A DNA stretch of 35,326 nucleotides. Source: Octopus bimaculoides (Eukaryota). Of this stretch, positions 1-10,168 are shown piece by piece (positions within the stretch are counted from its first letter, which is position 1; every line of letters starts with the position of its first letter). A program made the translations under genes and the position numbers. The DNA lies in the NCBI RefSeq assembly GCF_001194135.2, contig NC_069002.1, forward strand, positions 7,797,926 through 7,833,251, given 5' to 3'. The notes under the pieces were generated by a model, which worked only from the letters and a program-made list of their open reading frames with translations, ran no database searches and was not told the DNA's origin.

Positions 1-376
1 GTTTTATCTAATATTTGTTTCAGTTATTTCGACTGCGGCCATGAAAAAATTCATCCATGTACTTATTTGTTAAGCTCGATATTTATTCCGTCGGATACTT
101 TTACTGAATCGTTAAATTACGGGGACGTAAACACACTAGCACCGGTTTCAAAGCGGTGGTAGGGGACAACCATAGACACAAAGACACACACATACACACA
201 CACACACACATATACTACGAGCTTCTTTCAATTTCCGTCTGCCAAATCCACTCACAAGGCTTATAAACCCGGCTGTATAGTAAAAGGCACCCGCTTATGG
301 TTCCACGCAGTGGGACTGAACCCAGAAGAATCTGGTTATAAACAGAAAGTATACGATATAAGCCATTTCCTCTGTA
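1..376 (-). mobile_element. tRNA-derived SINE, octopus family A (diverged)
   Basis: Reverse-oriented copy: 'ttcagttatttcgactgcggccatg...ttacggggacgtaaacacac...ttccgtctgccaaatccactcacaaggc...ccacgcagtgggactgaaccc'. Homologous to 997-1403 (opposite strand) and 28200-28450. Family assignment is from recall of octopus SINE consensus. Confidence 0.85.
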
Positions 377-996
377 TTGAATGACTAAAAACTATTAACA
401 AGGTATAGCGCCCTCCTAATTATCGGAGTAGACAATGGTGTATCGCAGTAAACGGTAGAAGAGAAATGTGTCAAAACTACCGTAAGTAAATACCAATTTA
501 ATTAAAACTGACAAAATTAAGTTGGATATGTACACGGAAATGAGAAAATCCAAAAAGAACCACAGACAGGAATATTTAAGTGTAAAAGAAACTGATTAGA
601 TATACACAGATAAGCGAATGAGAAATTTTAAAAACAAATAGTACGCAGTGAAATTAGATAAATATTTAAAAGAAAAAAAAAGCTGAAGTCAATGCTTAGT
701 ACCGCCAATGTTGTATAGGACAGCTTCTGTATTTATTCTGTTTAATGTGGGAAGTGAACTAAAGCGCTTAGATAGAAACAGCTGTAAATACAGCGTTTAA
801 AATAAACTAACTGTGCGCTGAAATAAATCGTATACACCTACTCTGGTCACAGAGAGGAACGGGTTTCAAACAATAGAGTCATACGTATTAACCAGAGTGA
901 TGTAACACAATTTAAGTAAAAGAACAGGAAGTTTTTGGTGTATCAAGGAAAATCGATAAAAAATATAAAAAAATGAAAGGAAAAATTAATTGTGAT

Positions 997-1403
997 TATA
1001 GGTGTGTGGTTAAGAAGATCGCTCTGAAGCCTTGTGCTTTCGTTTTCAGTTCCATTATGTGGCACCTTCGACATATGTCTTTTTACTATAGCCCCAGGCC
1101 AAATGATACGTTGTGAGTGAATCTGGTGGACGGAAATTGTGTGGAAGCCCCCCTATGTGTGTGCGTATGCGTGTGTGTGCGTCGTGCGTATGTGTGTGTT
1201 ACTGCCTGTGTTTGTTTCCAGCACCTAGCAACCGCAGTTGGTTTGTTTACATCTCTGTAAATATTTCTAGAATAAATACCACACTTAAGAAAAAATACGT
1301 AGGCATTAGGTTCGATTCATTCGCCTTAATCCTTACAGTGTAGTACTCCAGTATGACCGCAGTCCAGTGCCAATGACTGAAACTAGTAAAAGCTAAAAGA
1401 TAA
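997..1403 (+). mobile_element. tRNA-derived SINE, octopus family A (near full length, diverged)
   Basis: Degenerate tRNA-like head 'ggtgtgtggttaagaagatcgc...ttcagttccattatgtggcacctt', central 'actatagccccaggcc...gtgagtgaatctggtggacggaaatt', internal (GT)-rich tract, tail 'ccgcagtccagtgccaatgactgaaactagtaaaagctaaaagataaa'. Confidence 0.8.
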
Positions 1404-2768
1404 ATGGTATATATGTTTGTGTTATACGGATTTTATATTATAAGTAGCTCAATACTATAAAACATTATCGATATTATATACTTGATGTATATGTATGCTC
1501 AAACGCTGCAAAGCTGCGATATTTCGTCAAAGAGGGATCGCTTTTAAAACGTGTTGTGTGGGAGTTGGGACACTATAAATCAAAGGTAGGCGAGACGGAA
1601 TCGTTCTAGAAGAGAAAAGAAAATAACGTGGAAGTTTGAAACTGACCAGGTTAGAAAAAACATAGTTTTTATAAGGACAAAACAATAGAAATGGTGGCGT
1701 GGGATCGAGAACGGTAACAACTGCGATTCAAATCTATTATCTGGGAATGATCTGAATATAAATGCAGAGACGGGCATAGATTGAACTAGAGAACTTCGAC
1801 ATCCTACGAGAAATAACATTAGAAGGCCTCTAGACACGTAGTAAATAGATTCTCCGTAGAATAATCTAAAACCTTCACTTCATAAATAAAATAGCAGTTC
1901 CAGATACTGCACTTCGTACTAGATATCGTACATATTCCAAATAGATGAGGTTGAGATGTTTTGAAACTGTCTTTTTGGCGTCGCTTATTCGACGCTGACT
2001 TATTTGACATAAGGCGTTTTAATGTTTCTCCGCTTTCTTTTTTCTTTCTTTGTTTCTTTCTTTCTAAATCTGTATAAATCTGTATAATTCTGCCTCCAAC
2101 TCTAAAACGTACTGTCACCAAAACAGGTTGACAATCAAGTCAGCCTTGCCAAGTCGTCAGCGTTTAAACACCTATGCTGAATCATCTAATCCCGCTATTC
2201 TATAACATTCAGATCAGTACGTAGAACGAGCTGCTGCACACGTTTTACTTTCAACAGACTAGCACTAAACGCTGCTGTACGCATTGTACAATCCAGAAGC
2301 ACAAGTAGAAACTGCATCCGCACTTCAGATATTTTCAATACTTTAGCGGAGGCAGGCTATGCACACAGAAAATACGTAGAATATTGATAATACTATAAAT
2401 TAAACCAGACACATCAAGCTATAAACAAAAAGCCTACCCGTATCTAAGGGACATAGAATGGTTCTCGGTTTTTGCAACGAAAGCATGTATCACAAATACA
2501 ATAAAACTACAAGAATAAAAACAAACAAACAAATAATAATAGTATTGATAGTAATAATATCTGAGTAAACAATAAAATTATCCGTAATATCTTTACAGGT
2601 TATAAAACATATGTTGGAGAATCATGACATTTGATCATAAAATGGATCGAGGAGTTTAAAATTGCTAAACAATGTCATAATTCTTGTGGAAATTCTTTCA
2701 TAAATTTTCTTTTACAATTCACATATTCGTGTTTATATTATGTTGCTATAAATTTTCCGGAATATATG

Positions 2769-2999
2769 NNNNNNNNNNNNNNNNNNNNNNNNNNNNNNNN
2801 NNNNNNNNNNNNNNNNNNNNNNNNNNNNNNNNNNNNNNNNNNNNNNNNNNNNNNNNNNNNNNNNNNNNNNNNNNNNNNNNNNNNNNNNNNNNNNNNNNNN
2901 NNNNNNNNNNNNNNNNNNNNNNNNNNNNNNNNNNNNNNNNNNNNNNNNNNNNNNNNNNNNNNNNNNNNNNNNNNNNNNNNNNNNNNNNNNNNNNNNNNN
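2769..2999. other. Assembly gap (first of 13 N-runs)
   Basis: N-runs at 2769-2999, 4517-4736, 6432-7221, 9701-9710, 14753-15160, 15627-16108, 21046-21105, 23464-24276, 25207-25401, 27340-27383, 27971-28095, 30733-30781 and 31385-31480. Almost all abut microsatellites. Confidence 0.99.
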
Positions 3000-3052
3000 T
3001 GTGTGTTTTATTCTTGGTTAATCTTATACCCTGAAAAATGAATGTTCGTGAA

Positions 3053-3115
<63 letters not shown>

Positions 3116-3136
3116 ATATATATATATATATATATA
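3053..3136. repeat. Compound (TATC)n-(TA)n microsatellite
   Basis: Seen directly. Confidence 0.95.
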
Positions 3137-3384
3137 ATGTACACGGAGGCTACAGAGGAAACGCATTTATACAACGCACAAACCAATGCATACATATCTA
3201 AATGTATGCACATATATATATGCATGTGTGTGATATATATATATCTCAATGTATACACATATATATGTATGTGCTCGTTTGTGTGCATGGGTAAAAATTG
3301 CACAAAAAAGAAGAAAAAGGCAGAGACAAGAGAAGGAGCAACAAACATGTTTTATTAGTTTTACGCTCAACAAAAATGGAAGCT

Positions 3385-3420
3385 TTTGACGTTTCGAGCC
3401 AACGCCCTTCTACAGAAGGG
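3385..3420 (-). mobile_element. Penelope-like element terminal signature / degenerate hammerhead-like motif
   Basis: Minus strand reads ctgtagaa-gggc-gttg-gctc-gaaacgtc, a CTGnnGA...CGAAACGTC pattern of the kind found in Penelope-like LTRs. Confidence 0.45.
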
Positions 3421-4218
3421 AATGTGGAGTGAAAACAGATGATGAAGAGAGGGAAAAATACGGAGAGAGATAAAAACGTGTCTGGATTAACAGCCATCTG
3501 GTGTGGGGCCTGCCTTGTGACCTCTTCCAGACCACAGCTGCTGCATCGAATGAGAGTAAGAAATCGATGGAAAGCGTAACTGAGGAATCTACTTCAACAA
3601 TTCTTCCAGGAATTTTTGGGCGAAGAAAAGTAGGTGAGATAAATTTTGGTAACTAAAATTCAAAATTTATTACGTAGATATATCTGTCACTGGCAAAACC
3701 AAAACTATATTCGTTAGGCCGTTTACACAAAAGGAACATTAGAATACTTGAATATAAATAAGTCTACAAGAAAATCAATAAATAGACAGCAAGAATTATA
3801 ACGACATCCTTAACAATGCCATTGTTGCTGATAACAATATTAAGGGTGAGTGCTGGATAATAACAACAATAACGTGGTGCATTAGAAAATATAACACGAC
3901 TCAAGAGAATTATAGTAACGTAAAGGAAGCAAACAGTATAGAGAACCACTGATTTTAGTTTTTATGACCATCTTTGAAACAATAACTAGAACTCTAACTC
4001 TGTTCAAGTTATTGTCTCTAAAATGGGATAAATTCTTCAGAATATTCAAATTGATGCAGTTATATTGACGTACAGATAAGATACTTATTCACATGCCAAT
4101 ATGAACATGCAGAGTCAGATGCATATAGATATATGTATATATATAGATATAGTTTTAGGGAAAATTTAATTGAGTTTTTACCTGTAATTTTGGATTTTGT
4201 TCCTAATATTATTATTAT

Positions 4219-4271
<53 letters not shown>

Positions 4272-4458
4272 GAACATATTGTAGATTGTGGACATTAATT
4301 TCACTGATTCGCCGTCATATATGATGCAGACTGATTTTACCACAACCTGCGAAAATTCGAAGTTACTGTCAATAATCTGCAATGCATATTAATCCCTATA
4401 CCTGTATCAAATTCTTTTACGCTCAATGCTAATTTATGAATTAGACTAACTCACGCAC

Positions 4459-4460
4459 AT

Positions 4461-4516
<56 letters not shown>

Positions 4517-4736
4517 NNNNNNNNNNNNNNNNNNNNNNNNNNNNNNNNNNNNNNNNNNNNNNNNNNNNNNNNNNNNNNNNNNNNNNNNNNNNNNNNNNNN
4601 NNNNNNNNNNNNNNNNNNNNNNNNNNNNNNNNNNNNNNNNNNNNNNNNNNNNNNNNNNNNNNNNNNNNNNNNNNNNNNNNNNNNNNNNNNNNNNNNNNNN
4701 NNNNNNNNNNNNNNNNNNNNNNNNNNNNNNNNNNNN

Positions 4737-4788
<52 letters not shown>
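4459..4788. repeat. (CA)n - gap - (GT)n microsatellites
   Basis: (CA)n 4459-4516 and (GT)n 4737-4788 flank an N-run. Confidence 0.95.
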
Positions 4789-4791
<3 letters not shown>

Positions 4792-4924
4792 CCTAAAATA
4801 CTGACAACAGATGGAAGAATGTAGACATGTCAGAGATTATGCAAACGCTTCTGGTGACATCTACTTACGGCTGAAACTCATTCATCAATTTAATAAGTAT
4901 CAGTGTTACTAACCTCACCAGGAT

Positions 4925-5725
4925 CGAACCCCCACCACCACCACCAACAACAGCAACAACGCCAACGCACAACTAACATCACCAAAACCATTAACCCCAC
5001 GACCACCGTTTATAACAGTCTCAACATCAATGAGATCACTAAGACGAACGACGACAACAGGAAGAACAACCACAACAACAACGCGGCTAACAACATTAGC
5101 ACCGACAGCAATACCAGTAGCAGCACTATAACCACAGCTATAACCACTACCACCACTACCACTACCAATACCACAATCACCATCACTAGGACGCCTCCGC
5201 CTTTACCATCACCAAAACTACCACTGAAACAGGCAGTACAACCACCAACATCACCAACATCACCAACACTCGCCCACAACCGTGAACACCACCATTGAAA
5301 TAATAAATAAATGCGCCCTTTTAAAGCCTATCCAGGTTCATTGGCCCGGTTTCCCGGTTTCAATGGCGTATGTGTTCCCCAGCTGGACGGGACGCCAGTC
5401 CATCGCAGCTTTACTTATTTTTGTCGGCTGATTGGATTGGAGAAACGTGAAATGAAGTGTTTTGCTCAAGAACACAACGCGTCGCCCGCTCCAGGAATCG
5501 AAACCACAATCTTACGATCGTGATGCTGACACCCTAACCACTAAACCACGCGCCTCCACCGAAAACCACCATTAGCAGCGCTAAAATAACCACCATCACC
5601 TCTGTCACCAAAACCAACACAGCCACCACCACAACCTCTAGCGACAACAACACTTGGCCATAATCACCATAAACAGCACTGCAACCAGTAGCACTACTAC
5701 CGTTACCAACATCAGCAGAACACCA
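4925..5725. repeat. Degenerate (ACC/AAC)n low-complexity tract interrupted by a SINE
   Basis: C/A-rich trinucleotide-derived sequence at 4925-5296 and 5561-5725. It accounts for the Thr/Asn/Pro-rich ORF 4903-5298. Confidence 0.85.
5297..5560 (-). mobile_element. tRNA-derived SINE, family B, full length with target-site duplication
   Basis: Minus strand: head 'ggtggaggcgcgtggtttagtggttagggtgtcagcatcacgatcgtaagattgtggtttcgattcc' (A and B boxes), 'gtgttcttgagcaaaacacttcatttcacg', and a (ttta)-type tail. 13-bp TSD with 1 mismatch: gaacaccaccatt 5284-5296 and gaaaaccaccatt 5561-5573. Confidence 0.9.
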
Positions 5726-5770
5726 TTTCTATGATTTAGTCCATTTATTCGTTCACACATTGCATAAAAA

Positions 5771-5960
5771 GCGGGCGCATGACCTAGTTGGGGAGGGCAC
5801 TGCACTCACGATTCCGAGATTGTACTTTCAATCGCTGCACCTGCAAGTGCGCTGTGTTCTTGAGGAAAAGGTTTCATTGCACGTTGCATTACGATCAGTT
5901 CGGCATCTGACATGTGCTACACATTGCATCTATTCAGGCAATGTCGATTTGATGGAGGCA
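5771..5960 (+). mobile_element. tRNA-derived SINE, family C (diverged)
   Basis: Degenerate tRNA head 'gcgggcgcatgacctagttggggagggcactgcactcacgattcc', then 'gtgttcttgaggaaaaggtttcattgcacgttgcattacgatcagttcggcatctga', which recurs inverted at 7557-7613. Confidence 0.7.
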
Positions 5961-5978
5961 TTCATTTATTTTATTTAT

Positions 5979-6062
5979 GGACCCGGTTTCCCGGTTTCTA
6001 TGCCGTATGTGTTCTCCAGCTGGACGGAACGCCAGCTGGAGAACACATACGGTTTTTATGGC

Positions 6063-6066
<4 letters not shown>
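5979..6066 (-). mobile_element. Family B SINE tail fragment containing a perfect 21-bp inverted repeat
   Basis: 5979-6035 matches 5343-5398 as a direct repeat. Arms are 6003-6023 and 6032-6052. Confidence 0.85.
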
Positions 6067-6112
<46 letters not shown>

Positions 6113-6329
6113 GCATAACTATATGTAGGCATATATACATATACATGATATAATATATGTATATATATACATACATATATATATATATAGGTATATATAT
6201 ACATATATATACGCAAACACACACACACATTGTTACATGCATTACATACATACATGCGTGTGTGAGTGAGTGAGTGTTCAGGATTCTTACACACACACAT
6301 ACATACATACATACATACATACACACACA

Positions 6330-6385
<56 letters not shown>

Positions 6386-7278
6386 TACACACTGAAAGGG
6401 TTAGATTTATCGATAGTGAGACAGTAGAAAGNNNNNNNNNNNNNNNNNNNNNNNNNNNNNNNNNNNNNNNNNNNNNNNNNNNNNNNNNNNNNNNNNNNNN
6501 NNNNNNNNNNNNNNNNNNNNNNNNNNNNNNNNNNNNNNNNNNNNNNNNNNNNNNNNNNNNNNNNNNNNNNNNNNNNNNNNNNNNNNNNNNNNNNNNNNNN
6601 NNNNNNNNNNNNNNNNNNNNNNNNNNNNNNNNNNNNNNNNNNNNNNNNNNNNNNNNNNNNNNNNNNNNNNNNNNNNNNNNNNNNNNNNNNNNNNNNNNNN
6701 NNNNNNNNNNNNNNNNNNNNNNNNNNNNNNNNNNNNNNNNNNNNNNNNNNNNNNNNNNNNNNNNNNNNNNNNNNNNNNNNNNNNNNNNNNNNNNNNNNNN
6801 NNNNNNNNNNNNNNNNNNNNNNNNNNNNNNNNNNNNNNNNNNNNNNNNNNNNNNNNNNNNNNNNNNNNNNNNNNNNNNNNNNNNNNNNNNNNNNNNNNNN
6901 NNNNNNNNNNNNNNNNNNNNNNNNNNNNNNNNNNNNNNNNNNNNNNNNNNNNNNNNNNNNNNNNNNNNNNNNNNNNNNNNNNNNNNNNNNNNNNNNNNNN
7001 NNNNNNNNNNNNNNNNNNNNNNNNNNNNNNNNNNNNNNNNNNNNNNNNNNNNNNNNNNNNNNNNNNNNNNNNNNNNNNNNNNNNNNNNNNNNNNNNNNNN
7101 NNNNNNNNNNNNNNNNNNNNNNNNNNNNNNNNNNNNNNNNNNNNNNNNNNNNNNNNNNNNNNNNNNNNNNNNNNNNNNNNNNNNNNNNNNNNNNNNNNNN
7201 NNNNNNNNNNNNNNNNNNNNNGATTTATTAATAGTGATCAATTGTCTGTGTTCTACATTAGCTAAATGCCTCCGTTGT

Positions 7279-7556
7279 GGAAGCGCAATGGCCCAGTGGT
7301 TAGGGCAGTGGACTCGTGGTCGGAGGAACTTGGTTTCGATTCCCAGACCAGGCGTTGTGTGTGTTTATTGAGCGAAAACTCCTAAAGTTCCACGAGGCTC
7401 CGGGAGGAGATGGTGGCGAACCCTGCTGTACTCTTTCACCACAACTTTCTCTCACTCTTACTTCCTGTTTCTGTTGTACCTGCATTTCAAAGGACCAGCC
7501 TTGTCACACACACTGTGTCATGCTGAATCTTCCCTAGAACTACATTAAGGGTACAC
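7279..7556 (+). mobile_element. tRNA-derived SINE, family D (3'-truncated)
   Basis: Clear tRNA-like head 'ggaagcgcaatggcccagtggttagggcagtggactcgtggtcggaggaacttggtttcgattcccagacc', then body to 'ctacattaagggtacacg', where it is abruptly joined to an inverted family C fragment. Confidence 0.85.
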
Positions 7557-7680
7557 GTCAGATGCCGATGTGATCGTAAAGCAACGTGCAATGAAGCATT
7601 TTGCTCAAGAACACTTGCAATACTTATATCACCAAGGATGAAAGGCAAGTCGACCACGACAGAATTTGAACTCAGAAAGA
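7557..7680 (-). mobile_element. Fused SINE fragments (family C 7557-7613; MetaSINE-like 7630-7680)
   Basis: 7557-7613 is the reverse complement of about 5854-5910. 7630-7680 'caaggatgaaaggcaagtcgaccacgacagaatttgaactcagaa' matches 13545-13600. Confidence 0.75.
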
Positions 7681-8546
7681 CAGAGAAAATACCGATATAT
7701 ATATATATATATCGACGTTTCGTTATGTCTGTGTGTATGTATTTCAAGTACATATAATTTCTTCCATATATATATATATGTGTGTGATTGTGAATGAGCT
7801 CTTGTTTCTGTAGATGTATTGATACATATGGAAATGTAAAACACACACACACGCACACTCATATATATACATCTATACTTACATCTATCGCATACAGCGG
7901 GATATTATTATTTATACAAACATACTCATAAATAGATAAACAGATATACGCCTTACATATCATATTTATCTAAATATTAAAGTCATACTACTTTATACAT
8001 CTAATAATTATATTATGTAAATATTTGTACATCACAGTCATGTCTACATGATATCCGCCGTATCAGAGAAAACATAACACAATTTCAAAAATATCGATAC
8101 ATGAATACTTTCAATATCACTTCAAATCATAGATGAATCATTGACAGAATAAGAAACGGTATATGTATACCAACATATATACATACACACACATACACCA
8201 TACATACATACATACGCACAAACATACATGTATACGTACATGCAGATACGTATGTGTCTACAGAAGTGAGTATGTATATATATATACATATATACATATG
8301 TGTGTGTGTGTATATGTGTGTGTGTATGTGTGTATATATATATTAGCATATTAGCAAATATGATATGTATATATACTTATTGATAAAAGGATAGGATATA
8401 TATGTTGTGCGTATGTATCATTCCAGTAATATATACATCACTAAGATATATGTGTATCTATTTGTCTATTCCTCTATCTGTCTGTCTGCCTATACACACA
8501 GCTTATATCCAGCTTACACACACACACACACACACACAAACACAAC

Positions 8547-8818
8547 TCTCCTAACTGGCCCTCTCCGACTATCACCTCTATCCACAACTGAAGAAACATA
8601 CCAAGGGAACGAAATTTCACTACGATTCAGAATTCATCGCTACTACAGAAGTCTGGCTGGAGGCCCAGCCTTCCCAATACTTTTTACCGGACTTAGGAAA
8701 ACTGAAGGACCCATGACATAAGTGTGTGAATCTGTGAGGAGAACATGCTGAATAAAATTATAATTAACTGCTCCTCCTGCATTTTCTTTTATAGTCAGGG
8801 AATTTTCAGCAACCCTCG

Positions 8819-8820
<2 letters not shown>
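8547..8820 (+). mobile_element. mariner transposon 3' fragment: decayed transposase C-terminus plus right TIR
   Basis: Translates to LALSDYHLYPQLKKHTKGTKFHYDSEFIATTEVWLEAQPSQYFLPDLGKLKDP*HKCVNL*GEHAE*, matching the mariner (SPDLAP)SDYHLF..LK..L.G..F...W...KL..RW.KC....G.Y.E C-terminus. Ends in 'ttcagcaaccctcgTA'. Confidence 0.85.
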
Positions 8821-8876
<56 letters not shown>

Positions 8877-8879
<3 letters not shown>

Positions 8880-9115
8880 GAGGGTTGCTGGACATTTCCA
8901 TATACATGAGAAAGTTCTTGGCTTTAAGGGGATCACAAAAGTCCTGGTTGTAGGTCCAAACTTCTGAGTTCTATCACAAGGCTTAGGAAAACTGAAGGAT
9001 CGCTGGAATACGTTTGTAAATCTGAGAGCGGAACAGGTTGAATAAAATCATAATTAATCAATCATCTTGCATTTTTTTTTTACCCAAAGCCAGGAACACA
9101 TCAAGACTCCTAGTA
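8877..9115 (+). mobile_element. Non-autonomous mariner derivative (MITE-like)
   Basis: Begins with TIR 'acgagggttgctg', a perfect inverse of 8807-8819. Inner 'gttcttggcttt' and 'aaagccaggaac' are inverted. 8945-9115 is a diverged direct homologue of 8655-8820. Confidence 0.75.
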
Positions 9116-9879
9116 CGTGTTTAGTTATATGAATTTACAGAAAAGTACATGTATATACATACACATACGTAAATATTTAGAATTGCCGAATATGAAGGCT
9201 TAAGATGTTCGCTTGGCAATCACGATTACCCGGTTCCATGCTTAGCAAGATCGAACACGAAACCACAAGTTTACGAATATACTCAGGTACCAATCAGTAC
9301 AGCAATAATAATAATCAGTTTGAGAGCACCTTAGCAGTGAATCATTACTTTTAGCGTATCACTTTAAAGATTTTTAAATATATTCAGTTGAATTAATTGG
9401 TCTCTTCAGATTTCTTAATTGCGAAGGAATTATCAGCGGAATTTTAAAATTGGTTTTACTGGTTATGCTTCATTCTCAGACCACACTATTACATGAATTG
9501 TGAAGCAGGAATTTTTTATGTATTTCTTTTCTGGATTATAAACACCTGCCCAAACAACTAATTTTGTTTTTCCTTACGTCATTTGTGCATAAAACTTGTC
9601 TAATTTTGTAGAAATTGACTTCGAAATCCGTTTACAAATGGGTTTGCTGAAAGTGAATACACCTGTTCTCCGAACTTTTAATATTTATTTTTTTTTTTTT
9701 NNNNNNNNNNTTTTTTTTTTTTTCTTAAGAAAGTAAATCATTACAAACGCTCTAACTATTCAGTGTTGTTCTGTATCGCCAACTTACACATGCTTGCCAA
9801 ACGTATAAACTCTTTCGAACGAATGTATAACAAACTGCCTCCCAAATCATTTACAATTTGACTATAGGACCTACTAACA

Positions 9880-10168
9880 TACAGGGTGATTCAAAAGTCG
9901 CCATACATAGGAACAATTTATCTTTTTATAAGAAACAGTTTATAAGAACAGTTTTTGTTTTTAATTTAACAGTCTCTATTATGGTTACCGTTGTTTTGAA
10001 TACACATTGCAATACATTAACCCCACTCATTGTAAACCCATAATACCACATCTGGTGATACGTGTGCAAAGGAGTTGGTGATGCGTTCCTTCAAACGATT
10101 TATGTCTTTTATCTTTCCGCGATACACCAAGCCTTTCAAATGCCCCCAAAGATACAAATCAAGATGGC
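9880..10168 (-). mobile_element. maT/DD37D-like Tc1-mariner 3' end: transposase C-terminus plus TIR
   Basis: Starts 'TA-cagggtgattcaaaagtcgcc'. Minus frame 10168-9964 reads HLDLYLWGHLKGLVYRGKIKDINRLKERITNSFAHVSPDVVLWVYNEWG*CIAMCIQNNGNH, matching the (SPDLTP)LDF.LWG.LK..VY...L..RI...C....G.H pattern. Confidence 0.75.

Noticed and set aside
3790-3855. Perfect donor G|GTGAGT after an open stretch (KNYNDILNNAIVADNNIK)
   Set aside because: No polypyrimidine acceptor upstream, and an in-frame stop lies just 5'.
4903-5298. 131-aa Thr/Asn/Pro-rich mucin-like ORF
   Set aside because: Arises from an ACC/AAC low-complexity tract that continues after the SINE insertion. No recognisable domain or splice support.
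7279-7350. tRNA-like sequence (also 5490-5560 on the minus strand)
   Set aside because: These are SINE heads: they continue into SINE bodies and lack a proper acceptor stem 3' end and poly-T terminator.
5934-7371. Long ORFs of 365-435 aa, and similar ones at 14584-16217 and 23028-24541
   Set aside because: Open only because N-runs translate as X and the flanks are dinucleotide repeats (YIYI, HTHT, CVCV).
9190-9310. Possible very old SINE head on the minus strand
   Set aside because: Only a B-box-like 'gtggtttcgtgttcgatc' is visible, which is too degenerate to call.
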